From: an uncultured Candidatus Entotheonella sp.
GTDB lineage: Bacteria > Tectomicrobia > Entotheonellia > Entotheonellales > Entotheonellaceae
Direction: 5' to 3'
Assembly (NCBI GenBank): GCA_965217185.1
Contig: OZ244252.1
Coordinates: forward strand, 2,400,001-2,464,000
Length of the DNA stretch: 64,000 bases
The notes below the pieces were generated by a model that did no database searches, had not been told where the DNA came from, and saw nothing but the letters and a program-made list of their open reading frames with translations. Below are positions 18,470 through 31,857 of this stretch, piece by piece; the first letter of the stretch is position 1, and every line of letters begins with the position of its first letter. Position numbers and translations under genes: made by a program.

Positions 18470-19684
18470 ATGGGTCGCCTGACAGACAAGTATTGCATCG
18501 TCGGCGTTGGCGAAACGTCCTACTCCAAGAATTCCGGCAAGACGACGCGCGCCATGGGCGCCGAAGCGATTCGCAACGCCATGCGGGACGCCGGCCTGGG
18601 CGCCGACCAGGTGAACGGCGTGCTGAGCTACCACGGCGGCGATTCGACCGCGGGGCCGGAGATTGCCGCGGACTTGGGCATCCGCCCGGACTTTTACATG
18701 GATTGCTCCGGCGGCGGCTCCAGCACCGAGGCGCTGGTCGGCTTGGCTATCGGCGCTATCGAAGTGGGGATGTGCGAAACGGCGGCGATTTTCAGGTCGA
18801 TGAACGGCTACAGCGAGGTGCGTATCGGCGGCACCGGCCGCCGCGCCGCGGCGCCGGTGGCGGGCAGCCAATTGTTGAGCCGTCCGTACGGCATGGTGAG
18901 CGCCGGGCAGAATTTCGCCCCGGTGTTCATGCGCCACATGATGGAGTACGGCACCACCAGCGCCCAAGTGGCGGCGGTGAAGGTGGCGCACAGCAAGCAC
19001 GCCAGTAACAACCCGAAGGCGTTTTACCGCAAGCGCTACACAGTCGAGGACGTGCTGAATTCGCGCTGGATCTGCAAGCCGCTGCACCTGCTCGACTGCT
19101 GCGTGGAGACCGACAACGCCACGGCGCTGATCGTCACCTCGGCCGAGCGCGCGGCGGATTTGCGGCGGCGGCCGGTCTATGTCATGGGGGTGGTCGGGCG
19201 CGTCACAAAGAAGCGCGGCGACACCTTCTACAACGACGCGCCGATTACCGACGTGGCCGGCAAGTACGCCGCCGAGCGGGTCTTCGGCATGGCCGGCGTT
19301 GGCCCCGAGGACGTGCACGTGACCGGCTCGTACGACGCCTTCACCTTCACCACCATGCTGCAGTTGGAGGACTACGGCTTTTGCCGCAAGGGTGAAGGCG
19401 GCGATTACGTGTCGAGCGGCATCATCGAGTTGGGCGGCAAACGCCCGAACAACACCAGCGGCGGGCACCTGTGCGAGGGCTACACGCACGGCATGAGCAT
19501 GGTCATCGAGAACGTGCGGCAGTTGCGCGGCCAGGTGGACGACTCGTGCCCAGGCTGGCAGGACGGCATCCACACGCATGATTACGCCGCAGGCGGCTGC
19601 CGCCAGGTGCGCGAGGCTGAAATTTCCATGAACCTGGGATGGGCCAACCCGGTAACGGGAAGCGCCCTCATCCTGCGGAGGTAG
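18470..19684 (+). CDS. Thiolase-fold protein (SCP-x/Ltp type)
   Basis: IVGVGET, HASNNPKA, PLHLLDCCVETD, YDAFT, NTSGGHLCEGYTHG. Confidence 0.9.
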   Translation: MGRLTDKYCIVGVGETSYSKNSGKTTRAMGAEAIRNAMRDAGLGADQVNGVLSYHGGDSTAGPEIAADLGIRPDFYMDCSGGGSSTEALVGLAIGAIEVGMCETAAIFRSMNGYSEVRIGGTGRRAAAPVAGSQLLSRPYGMVSAGQNFAPVFMRHMMEYGTTSAQVAAVKVAHSKHASNNPKAFYRKRYTVEDVLNSRWICKPLHLLDCCVETDNATALIVTSAERAADLRRRPVYVMGVVGRVTKKRGDTFYNDAPITDVAGKYAAERVFGMAGVGPEDVHVTGSYDAFTFTTMLQLEDYGFCRKGEGGDYVSSGIIELGGKRPNNTSGGHLCEGYTHGMSMVIENVRQLRGQVDDSCPGWQDGIHTHDYAAGGCRQVREAEISMNLGWANPVTGSALILRR

Positions 19685-19689
19685 GCGCC

Positions 19690-20193
19690 ATGCCACAAGT
19701 CGAATACCGTGGAATGCTCCTGATGGTCCCCGACAACGACAGCGAATTTGGCGGCTATTTCGAGGCCGCCCGAGAGCACCGGCTAGTGGTGAAGAAATGC
19801 AACGCCTGCGGCCTGCTGCGTTTTCCGCCCGGCTCCGGTTGCCCCTGGTGTACGTCTCTGGACTGGACGTGGCAGCAAGTCAGTGGCAAGGGCATCATCT
19901 ATTCCTATGAAATCATCGCCCACGCCATTCAGCCCGGCTTCCGCGATTTCACCCCCTACCCCGTCATCATCGTCGAGCTCGACGAACAACGCGGTGTTCC
20001 CACCCCTCAGGACGGCCTGCGCCTCATTGCCAATCTCGTGGATGCCGAATTCCAACCGGAAGCCGAGACTAACGTTGCCATCGGCAAGCGCGTGGACGTC
20101 GTCTTCCAAGACCTGTCGTCCGAATTGTCCTTGCCGCAATTCCGCCTCACCGACGAGCCGCCCGCTGGGCCGGTGTGGCAGTTTCCGGGTTGA
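19690..20193 (+). CDS. DUF35/ChsH2-type Zn-ribbon + OB-fold protein
   Basis: CNAC...CPWC, SGKGIIYSY, PYPVIIVELDE; directly follows the thiolase. Confidence 0.9.
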   Translation: MPQVEYRGMLLMVPDNDSEFGGYFEAAREHRLVVKKCNACGLLRFPPGSGCPWCTSLDWTWQQVSGKGIIYSYEIIAHAIQPGFRDFTPYPVIIVELDEQRGVPTPQDGLRLIANLVDAEFQPEAETNVAIGKRVDVVFQDLSSELSLPQFRLTDEPPAGPVWQFPG

Positions 20194-20222
20194 TGGGCCG
20201 ATTCAGTAGGCATGGGATAAGG

Positions 20223-20852
20223 CTATGTGAAGACAGCTTGTAGCCATGCGAGGAATGCGCGACAAAGGACGCCGTCAACCTCCAAGTCGTGGGCACGAAT
20301 GGCAGAGCCCATGCGCCTGGGGTCTTCTCTGGCTGCCAGCCAGGCATGGAGCTTGGCCCGTTGGGTTTTTTGCTTGGAAAACTTTCTGTCCTGCTCGGGG
20401 ATGGCGTCGATGTAGCGCTGAGACATGGGCCATACCGGATCCCCGGCGGGCACCATTTGAACAACAAAATCTTCGAGTTCGCCGCCGGACGTGTTGTCTG
20501 GCATTAACCACACGCCAACGTGGGGCTTACTCGCGGTGGTGATGATCGTCCCTCCGGCAGCAGGGCGTCTGGGCAACCCGATGCCTTCGGTCGACAATCG
20601 AGTCTTTACGGCGTCCCAACGTGACGACAGGTCCGTATTGGCGTCCACAAGAATGCCGAGAGCTTGTCGTCCCGGTGTTCTCAATTCGGCACCAATGGAG
20701 TCGAGCAGGGGTTCGATGCCCTCACGGTTTTCAATAACAAAATCAAGGGTGAGTTCGCGCCGCATCAAGATGTGCCGTACAACGTGCTCATCGTCCTGAC
20801 CTTCAACCAGGAGAACACAGGGCTTTGGCAGAGAGGAATTGGGGCGGGCCAT
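20223..20852 (-). CDS. DUF3226-like (TOPRIM-type) protein
   Basis: LLVEGQDD, GILVDAN, GVWLMPDNTSGGELEDF, KAKLHAWLA-like motif. Confidence 0.8.
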   Translation of the reverse strand: MARPNSSLPKPCVLLVEGQDDEHVVRHILMRRELTLDFVIENREGIEPLLDSIGAELRTPGRQALGILVDANTDLSSRWDAVKTRLSTEGIGLPRRPAAGGTIITTASKPHVGVWLMPDNTSGGELEDFVVQMVPAGDPVWPMSQRYIDAIPEQDRKFSKQKTQRAKLHAWLAAREDPRRMGSAIRAHDLEVDGVLCRAFLAWLQAVFT

Positions 20853-20855
20853 CGG

Positions 20856-21959
20856 TTACCTAACTTCAATTCCGTATTTGGCCGCGGCGTTGAGGTTATC
20901 CTCCGAGTACTCTACAGCGCGAATCTCGTCCCCATGTCTCTCGAGACGTACCAAGACCCCGTGTACATCTTCCAACTCCGCTGCGGCTTGCGCGAAGCCG
21001 ACCACACAGTCCCAGCCGTGGGTTGTGGCCAGAACCTGCACGTCGTTTTCGCGAGCGGTTTTCATGACCATCTTCCAGAAGTCACGCTGTATGGAATGGT
21101 GGACACCGTTCTCTGCTTCGTCGATCAACAGAAAACCACCCTGACCGTTGGCGAGCGCCAAGGCGACGCCAAGCAGTCGAACCGCCCCGTCGCCGAGACT
21201 CCTCAAGGGAACTGGATTATCCTGACCTTTGAGCTTCACAATCGCACGACGAAACGGCCCTCTTCTGTCATCCCCCACAAAAGCGATGCGCTCTACGGGT
21301 TCCCCGCCAATAATTTGTAAAGACTGTACAGCCCGCCCGTCATCATCGGTCAGGGCTACGCTGTCCCAAAATCCTGCCAACTGATAGTTGTTAGGTAAAC
21401 CCGGACCCAGAGACGCACACCGAATTTCAGAGGTGGGTTCAGAACTGTCCTGACGCAATCCACTCCGTAACGAACGGGGTAAACGATAGGAATCCCAAAA
21501 GGCACGCAAGGGAATTGCATGGTTTACGTTTTTGAACTTGATGCGCAGTGATTCGTTGGCCTCTGCCTCTGAAAAAAGTTGGCCTTGTTGCACCGCAGGG
21601 CCGATATTGATGCTTAGTCGAGACTTTTCAACAGGTCCGATTGATATGCCACAGTCTGAGGAGTGACTCCGGCCGAAGAAAAGGGCTTCTGGATCCGGTC
21701 TGTATGTTTTGTCGCCGTCCTCGTCGACACCTACGACCAACTCTTCTCTTCTTTCCAGTACTTCCAATAGCACAGGGTAACTGCCACGCGCTGCATATAC
21801 GCGTACGGCGTCTAACAGTGTCGTCTTGCCGACGCCGTTCTGCCCTGCAATCAACGTAATGCGGCCTAGGCGAGGGATCGAGAGTTCGTCTATGCCACGA
21901 AAACCCTTGATCGAAAGACTGGGCAGATGGAGGCTTTCGTCGAGTGGCGGGGTTTCCAT
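20856..21959 (-). CDS. ABC-type AAA_15/AAA_21 ATPase
   Basis: IKGFRGI, Walker A GQNGVGKT, signature SLGDG, Walker B LLIDEAENGVH, TTHGWD. Confidence 0.9.
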   Translation of the reverse strand: METPPLDESLHLPSLSIKGFRGIDELSIPRLGRITLIAGQNGVGKTTLLDAVRVYAARGSYPVLLEVLERREELVVGVDEDGDKTYRPDPEALFFGRSHSSDCGISIGPVEKSRLSINIGPAVQQGQLFSEAEANESLRIKFKNVNHAIPLRAFWDSYRLPRSLRSGLRQDSSEPTSEIRCASLGPGLPNNYQLAGFWDSVALTDDDGRAVQSLQIIGGEPVERIAFVGDDRRGPFRRAIVKLKGQDNPVPLRSLGDGAVRLLGVALALANGQGGFLLIDEAENGVHHSIQRDFWKMVMKTARENDVQVLATTHGWDCVVGFAQAAAELEDVHGVLVRLERHGDEIRAVEYSEDNLNAAAKYGIEVR

Positions 21960-22074
21960 TTCGCACTCCCTTGCTTCCGTACGTGGGCCATACCGCTCTG
22001 CAACGAACGGCATGTGTCAATAAGGCACAATGTAGCAGAGGCCCCATTTGCGGGCAATGAAAGGCGGTGCATGG

Positions 22075-22602
22075 TCAACGGTAAAGCCCTTCCGCTGCGA
22101 TGTAGGTAGTCACCGTCTCGGGAATCATCCCGCTGAGTGAAACGGGCAGGGCTCCCTGTTTGAGCCGTTGACGGATGTCGCTGCTGCGGATCGCGTGGGT
22201 GGCGGGTAGGCTGAGGCGGCCGAACTCCCGGTCGATGTCGGCATGGCGGTGCCAGCGCTGCCATTCGGCGGCGATGTCGGGGCCGACGAGAAGAGAGAGT
22301 GGCTGTTTTAGGTGGCCCCGGAGTCGGCAGAGGACGTCGTAGGTGTAGACGGGTTGGGCATCGCCGGTGGCCAGACGGCGTTCAACGTCGCACACGCGGA
22401 CGTGGGCTTGTAGCGGGGCATCGAGGGCCAGTCGGCACATGCTGACCCGGTGCTCGAAGGGCGCGGATTGCTTGCCGAAGGCGTGGCGAAACGCCGGCAC
22501 GATGATGACGTAATAGCCGAGCTCGACGGCGCGCCGGATCATGGAGACGTGCCCGGCGTGGATCGGATCGAAGCTGCCGCCATAAACGGTGTAACGGCGC
22601 AT
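22075..22602 (-). CDS. nadD: Nicotinate-nucleotide adenylyltransferase
   Basis: YGGSFDPIHAGH, YTYDVL, VGPD...W..W, IRSSDIR. Confidence 0.88.
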   Translation of the reverse strand: MRRYTVYGGSFDPIHAGHVSMIRRAVELGYYVIIVPAFRHAFGKQSAPFEHRVSMCRLALDAPLQAHVRVCDVERRLATGDAQPVYTYDVLCRLRGHLKQPLSLLVGPDIAAEWQRWHRHADIDREFGRLSLPATHAIRSSDIRQRLKQGALPVSLSGMIPETVTTYIAAEGLYR

Positions 22603-22743
22603 GCAACTGCCCTTCCTGCAACGTTTGTCCGCCCCCTTATGGCGTGCTATAACGGGCGCCTCCAGTATTCCTCAGACACTGTAAGGGCATTCTGACCTCG
22701 GCTCTGGCCGGGGGGATGACATTATCACGGCGAGGGGCAACTT

Positions 22744-24426
22744 GTGAAAATTGGTTTTTTGGGACCGCAGGGAACGTACACGGAGGAGGCAGCGAAGGCG
22801 GCCATGGCGGACGCCGTTTACGTGCCCTACGCCTCCATCGAATCGGTGTTCGACGCCGTGGCTCGGCAGGAAGTGGACCGCGGGCTGGTGCCCATCGAAA
22901 ACGTCATCCAGGGGCCGGTGACCGAGACCCTGGACAATCTGTTCCAACGGGCGGTCGACGTCAAGATCGTCGACATGCTCGTGCTGCCCATCCAGCACGC
23001 CATCGGGGTTCTCAGCCCGCAGTCCCAGGTCAGCCGCGTCCTTTCCAAGGACCAGGCGCTGAAGCAGTGCTCGGCCTACCTGCAGGCCAACTTCCCACAG
23101 GCGCAATGCCTCGACGTGGACAGCACCAGCGCGGCTATGGAGACCATCGCCACAGAGCGCCTGACGGACGCGGCGGCCATCGGCAGCGAGACGGCTCTGA
23201 AACAGTATGGCCTGCACGTCCTCGACCGCGACATCGGCAACGTCAAGCAGAACAAGACCCGCTTCGCCGTCCTCGGCCCCGCCTCGGGGCCCCATCACCG
23301 CCGCACCGGGCGCGATGCCACCGCCTTCGCCCTGTATCCGCACCGCGACCGCCTCGGATTGCTCAACGACATCCTTTCCGCCATCAGCCAAGATCACGAG
23401 CTCAACCTGTCCTTCATCCACTCGCGCCCGGATACCCGCGGCGCCTTTTTGTTCCACATGGAGGTCGAGGGACACCTGGAAGACGAACCCGTGGCGGCGT
23501 GCATGGCTGACTTGGCACGTCAATTTGGCGATCAAGAAGTTGAGGTCAAGGTGTTCGGCACCTATCCACGCTGCGCCTTCAATGAGCCGGGAATCAAGAC
23601 CATCGGCATTCTCGGCGGCACGGGCCAGATGGGGAAGTGGTTTCGCAAATTCCTCGGCGAGGCGCGTTACAACGTGCTCATCAGCGGGCGCCGCACGCCG
23701 TTGACCTACCAGCAGTGCATCGAGCAATCCGACGTGGTCATCGTCAACGTGCCCATCCGCAACACGGTGGACGTGATCCGTGACGTGGGCCGCCATTTCC
23801 GCCCCGGCCAGCTCATCGCCGACAATACCTCGATCAAGACGCAGCCCGTCGAAGCGATGCTGGCGGCGGTGCCGGAAGGGGTCGAGGTGCTCGGTATGCA
23901 CACCATTTTCGGCCCGCGCGTGGAGAGCCTGCGCCACCAGAACATCGTCTTCATCCGCACCCCCGCGTCGGGTCCCCGTGCCAAGGAGTTCGAGGACATT
24001 TTCTACAAGCACGGCGCCACCATCACCTATACGACGCCGCAGTACCATGACAAGCAGATGGCTTTCCACCAGAACCTGGAACACTTCACCAAGGTCGCGC
24101 TGGCGCAGGTGCTGCATACACACTTCAGCGACCCAACCGAGATGGACCGCTACAGTTCGCCCAACTCCCGCACGTCGCTGGCCATCATGGGCCGCATCCT
24201 GCGAGCTGACCCGGACCTCTATAGCGAAATTCAATCCTACAACCTGCAGGGCCCGACGATGCTGAAAGCCTACCTCGAGGTGGTGCAAACCCTGGCGCAG
24301 GCGCTGGTCGACGGCAACGTCGGCGCCTTCACCCGCAGCATGACGGCGAGCGCCGACGCCCTGGGCGATGACTATCTCGCGGAGATGCTGCAGAGGTCGC
24401 AGATCATTCAGCGTAGCCTGGTGTGA
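22744..24426 (+). CDS. Prephenate dehydratase-ACT / prephenate dehydrogenase fusion
   Basis: GFLGPQGTYTE, VPIEN, NKTRF, ACT (NLSFIHSRP); then IGILGGTGQMG, DNTSIK, GMHTIFGP, HDKQMA. Confidence 0.9.
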   Translation: MKIGFLGPQGTYTEEAAKAAMADAVYVPYASIESVFDAVARQEVDRGLVPIENVIQGPVTETLDNLFQRAVDVKIVDMLVLPIQHAIGVLSPQSQVSRVLSKDQALKQCSAYLQANFPQAQCLDVDSTSAAMETIATERLTDAAAIGSETALKQYGLHVLDRDIGNVKQNKTRFAVLGPASGPHHRRTGRDATAFALYPHRDRLGLLNDILSAISQDHELNLSFIHSRPDTRGAFLFHMEVEGHLEDEPVAACMADLARQFGDQEVEVKVFGTYPRCAFNEPGIKTIGILGGTGQMGKWFRKFLGEARYNVLISGRRTPLTYQQCIEQSDVVIVNVPIRNTVDVIRDVGRHFRPGQLIADNTSIKTQPVEAMLAAVPEGVEVLGMHTIFGPRVESLRHQNIVFIRTPASGPRAKEFEDIFYKHGATITYTTPQYHDKQMAFHQNLEHFTKVALAQVLHTHFSDPTEMDRYSSPNSRTSLAIMGRILRADPDLYSEIQSYNLQGPTMLKAYLEVVQTLAQALVDGNVGAFTRSMTASADALGDDYLAEMLQRSQIIQRSLV

Positions 24427-24442
24427 GCCAGCGCAGCGGAAC

Positions 24443-24473
24443 GTCGGATTACGCTTCGCTAATCCGACCTACA
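24443..24473 (-). repeat. GTAG-type REP palindrome, copy 3 (overlaps tenA stop)
   Basis: gtcggattacgcttcgctaatccgacctaca. Confidence 0.8.
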
Positions 24474-25137
24474 ACGGCCAGGTTTCCTGCCGATACGCCA
24501 TGTCCCAGAAGAGATATTCATAGCGGCAGCTATCCGCGAACAACCGGCTGAGACGGGATTGCCGGTCCGCCGCTACGTCGCTTCCCAAGCGGTCGAGCAG
24601 GTCACGCAGCCAAGTGGCGAGGGCGCCGAACTCGGGGGCCGCGTACATCTGAATCCACTCGTTATACAGCGGTTGCGGCGACGGGGCGCCTTGCGCCATC
24701 AGGGTCTGACCGATGTCGCTGTAGTCCCACATACAGGGTAGGACGGCCGCGGTGATGTCTGCCAAGTCGCCACTGTAGGCAGCGGTCAGTAGGTGTTGGG
24801 TGTAGGCCCGGGTGCCGGGCGCCGCCTGCGTATCCTCCAGTTCGTCGGCGCTGATGCCGAATTTCGCCGCGAAGCCGCGGTGCAAATCCATCTCGGTGTT
24901 CAGCGTTTCGTGCAGCAGTTCCGCAAACCGCCCCATCGTCTCAAGGTCGCCCGCCTTGGCCGCCGCCAGTGCCAACACACGGCTGTAGTCGACCAGAAAT
25001 ACGTAGTCCTGGCACATGTAGAACCGAAACGCCTCCAACGGTAACCCGCCGTCGCCGATTCCTGTCACAAAGGGGTGCTGTAGGACCTGCCGGCGAAGGT
25101 CGGCGGTTTGCTGGCGCAGGTGCTCGGTAAAACGCAT
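24469..25137 (-). CDS. tenA: Thiaminase II
   Basis: HPFVTGIGDG.L, FYMCQDYVFL, LPCMWDY, YNEWIQMY, EYLFWDMAY; RBS gaggagg before ATG 25137. Confidence 0.93.
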   Translation of the reverse strand: MRFTEHLRQQTADLRRQVLQHPFVTGIGDGGLPLEAFRFYMCQDYVFLVDYSRVLALAAAKAGDLETMGRFAELLHETLNTEMDLHRGFAAKFGISADELEDTQAAPGTRAYTQHLLTAAYSGDLADITAAVLPCMWDYSDIGQTLMAQGAPSPQPLYNEWIQMYAAPEFGALATWLRDLLDRLGSDVAADRQSRLSRLFADSCRYEYLFWDMAYRQETWPL

Positions 25138-25166
25138 GGTTCCTCCTCTTGGTTGTCGATCATCGT

Positions 25167-25199
25167 TGTAGGTCGGATCAGCCGTAGGCATAATTCGAC
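25167..25199 (+). repeat. Degenerate GTAG-type REP, copy 4
   Basis: tgtaggtcggatcagccgtaggcataattcgac shares the tgtaggtcggat head and partial stem. Confidence 0.55.
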
Positions 25200-25321
25200 G
25201 ATAGGTACTCGCCAGCGAAATGTACTGCGTGGGCTGCCATCATTGACACCCCCCGCGCGCTGCCCGTATGCTTCCCGCCGCCAAATTATGACCCAGAACA
25301 CCAGCAAGAGAGGGTTGCACC

Positions 25322-25717
25322 GTGGATGATGCCGAACTGAGGCGCGTGACGCGAGAAACCGCCGAGATGCTTTTTGGCCCCCCGAAGCCGGGCGAGGGTG
25401 TGTTCCAGTTGTGGAAGAAATTCGACCCGGACCTGGCCCGCCACATTTCCACCTTCTTCACTGGCCGGCTCTACGCCCGCAACGTCATTTCCCAGAAGGA
25501 GCGGGAATTGTGCGCCGTTGCTGCGCTAACGGTGCTACAGCGGCTCGACGAGCTTCGCATCCACATCGGCGCTGCCCTGAACGTGGGCGCCACCCGGGAG
25601 GAGGTCGCCGAGGTTATTTTCCAGATGATGACGTACGGCGGCGTACCCACCATGGTGGAGGGGCTGAAGGTTTGCAAGGCGGTTCTGCAGGAGAGGGGCA
25701 TGTGGGACGACGATTGA
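25322..25717 (+). CDS. Carboxymuconolactone decarboxylase family protein
   Basis: KERELCAVAAL, ELRIHIGAALNVGATREEVAEVIFQ...YGGVP. Confidence 0.88.
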   Translation: MDDAELRRVTRETAEMLFGPPKPGEGVFQLWKKFDPDLARHISTFFTGRLYARNVISQKERELCAVAALTVLQRLDELRIHIGAALNVGATREEVAEVIFQMMTYGGVPTMVEGLKVCKAVLQERGMWDDD

Positions 25718-26223
25718 TGGGTGGTGGCAGGTCGTGCCGTCTGGGTGAGACGGGTTTCAGCCTGCTGGAGTTGATCGTCGTGCTCGCCATCTTGGGGCTC
25801 GTTGCCGCGATTGGCACGCCCAACGTGGTGTCGTGGCTGGCCCGCCTGCGCTCGCGTGCCACCGCCGATGAGGTGGTGTCTACCCTGCAGTCGGCGCGCC
25901 TGCAAGCCATCGCCCGCAACACCCGTCTGCAGGTGTGCCTGTACAGAAATGCAACCCCGCATGACTTTTTGACCCTCCGAAACACTGATCCCTTGCAGCC
26001 CGATTGCCCGGCGCCGCCCGCCACGTCAAGCCCAGCCTACGCGACGTTCCGCCGTATGATGACCGAACTGCCGGGTATTCGCATCACGATGACGACCCGG
26101 CGGTCGTTCGTCTTCGGCCCGCGCGGAACAGCGACCGCCGGCAGCTTTACGCTCGAAACCATTGCCGACGGCCATCAGCGGAAAATCATCGTGGCTCCCA
26201 ACGGCCGCGTGCGGTCCGAGTAG
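25717..26223 (+). CDS. fimT: GspH/FimT family minor pilin
   Basis: Class III signal GFSLLELIVVLAILG; LQSARLQAI; FGPRG; GRVR C-terminus. Confidence 0.85.
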   Translation: MGGGRSCRLGETGFSLLELIVVLAILGLVAAIGTPNVVSWLARLRSRATADEVVSTLQSARLQAIARNTRLQVCLYRNATPHDFLTLRNTDPLQPDCPAPPATSSPAYATFRRMMTELPGIRITMTTRRSFVFGPRGTATAGSFTLETIADGHQRKIIVAPNGRVRSE

Positions 26224-26253
26224 GCGAGGGCGGGATAAGCGGTGCAAACCACT

Positions 26254-26880
26254 ATGCGAACTCAGAGCGGTTTCACCCTCATCGAGCTGCTGATCGCCCT
26301 TGCCGTTGGTTCGCTCCTCATGGGCGGTATCTACAGCATTCTGGTGCAACAGCGCAATGTCTATGCAAGGCACCAACAGTTGCTGGAGATGCGGCAAAAC
26401 GTTCGCATGGGTCTCGACGTGATGACCAATGACATCCGCATGGCCGGTTTTGACCCAACAGGTAATGCCGGTGCCGGCATCGTCACCGCCGAGGCCGGCC
26501 TGATGCGCTTCACGCTTGACCGGAACGGCAGCGGCATCATCGGTGACGCCGCGTTTGAAGACGTCGCCTACCGCGCCAGGTCCGGCAGCTTGCGCATCCA
26601 GTCGGTGCGGGAGAAGGCGAGCGGCTTTCAGGCGGTCGTCGACACGATTCAGCGGCTGCGGTTCTGTTACGTGTTGCCCGGCAGCGATCCGCAACTCCCC
26701 TGCGTGCCGGAAGTGCCGGCGGGAGAGTTGCAAAACATCCGCGCCGTGCGCCTGACGCTCACTGCCAAAGCATCTCGCCGTGATCCGCAGTACACGGAAA
26801 ATGGCGGTTACCGAACGCTCGAACGGGTGGCCGTGGTGCAACTCAGGAACGTCGCCTTGGCGGACGAGCCGGGATGGTGA
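26254..26880 (+). CDS. pilW: PilW family minor pilin
   Basis: GFTLIELLIAL, QNVRMGLDVMTNDIRMAG, V.LRN C-terminus. Confidence 0.85.
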   Translation: MRTQSGFTLIELLIALAVGSLLMGGIYSILVQQRNVYARHQQLLEMRQNVRMGLDVMTNDIRMAGFDPTGNAGAGIVTAEAGLMRFTLDRNGSGIIGDAAFEDVAYRARSGSLRIQSVREKASGFQAVVDTIQRLRFCYVLPGSDPQLPCVPEVPAGELQNIRAVRLTLTAKASRRDPQYTENGGYRTLERVAVVQLRNVALADEPGW

Positions 26881-26883
26881 GGG

Positions 26884-27396
26884 ATGCCGGAGAAGGCAGC
26901 GAACAGGGATCAGGAGCGCGGTTTTACGCTCATCGAGGTCATGGTGGCCGTGTCGCTGCTGGCCTTGGGCTTGGGGGCTCTGGCTGCGGTGCAGATAACC
27001 GCGGTCACCATCAACGCCAGGGCCAACGGCACGACGCGGCTCGCCACGATGGCACAGGAACGGCTGGAAGCCCTGCTCGCGCTCCCTTACAACCACCCGC
27101 ATTTGCTGGATACGGCCGCGGGCGCCACCAAGACGACCTATGACGCCGCACCTGATGCCGTCCCGGACGGTCATCGCGTGTACTGGTGCGTCAACGAGGG
27201 GTTCCCGCGTCCGCAGCTCAAGACGGTTGACGTTGTCGCCGCGCAACTCGGCGACGACGCCGAAGACGGCAATCTGAACTGCGCCCTGGATGCCGGTGAG
27301 GACGCGAATGACAACGGTCGTCTCGATCAAGGCCGGCGGACATTTGTGCTATCGGGCGTACGGTCGGCCATCGGGGCGACGTATTTGGCGCCGTAG
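26884..27396 (+). CDS. pilV: PilV family minor pilin
   Basis: GFTLIEVMVAVSLLALGLGALAAVQ, ATMAQERLE. Confidence 0.8.
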   Translation: MPEKAANRDQERGFTLIEVMVAVSLLALGLGALAAVQITAVTINARANGTTRLATMAQERLEALLALPYNHPHLLDTAAGATKTTYDAAPDAVPDGHRVYWCVNEGFPRPQLKTVDVVAAQLGDDAEDGNLNCALDAGEDANDNGRLDQGRRTFVLSGVRSAIGATYLAP

Positions 27397-27398
27397 GA

Positions 27399-31804
<4,406 letters not shown>

Positions 31805-31857
31805 TAGCAGCAGAATGTCGGATGACGCCGCGCGCATCCGACCTGCGGGAGGAGGCG

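Noticed and set aside
25138..25321. TPP riboswitch upstream of tenA
   Set aside because: No CUGAGA/ACCUG core was recognised on the minus strand; the region holds a REP instead.
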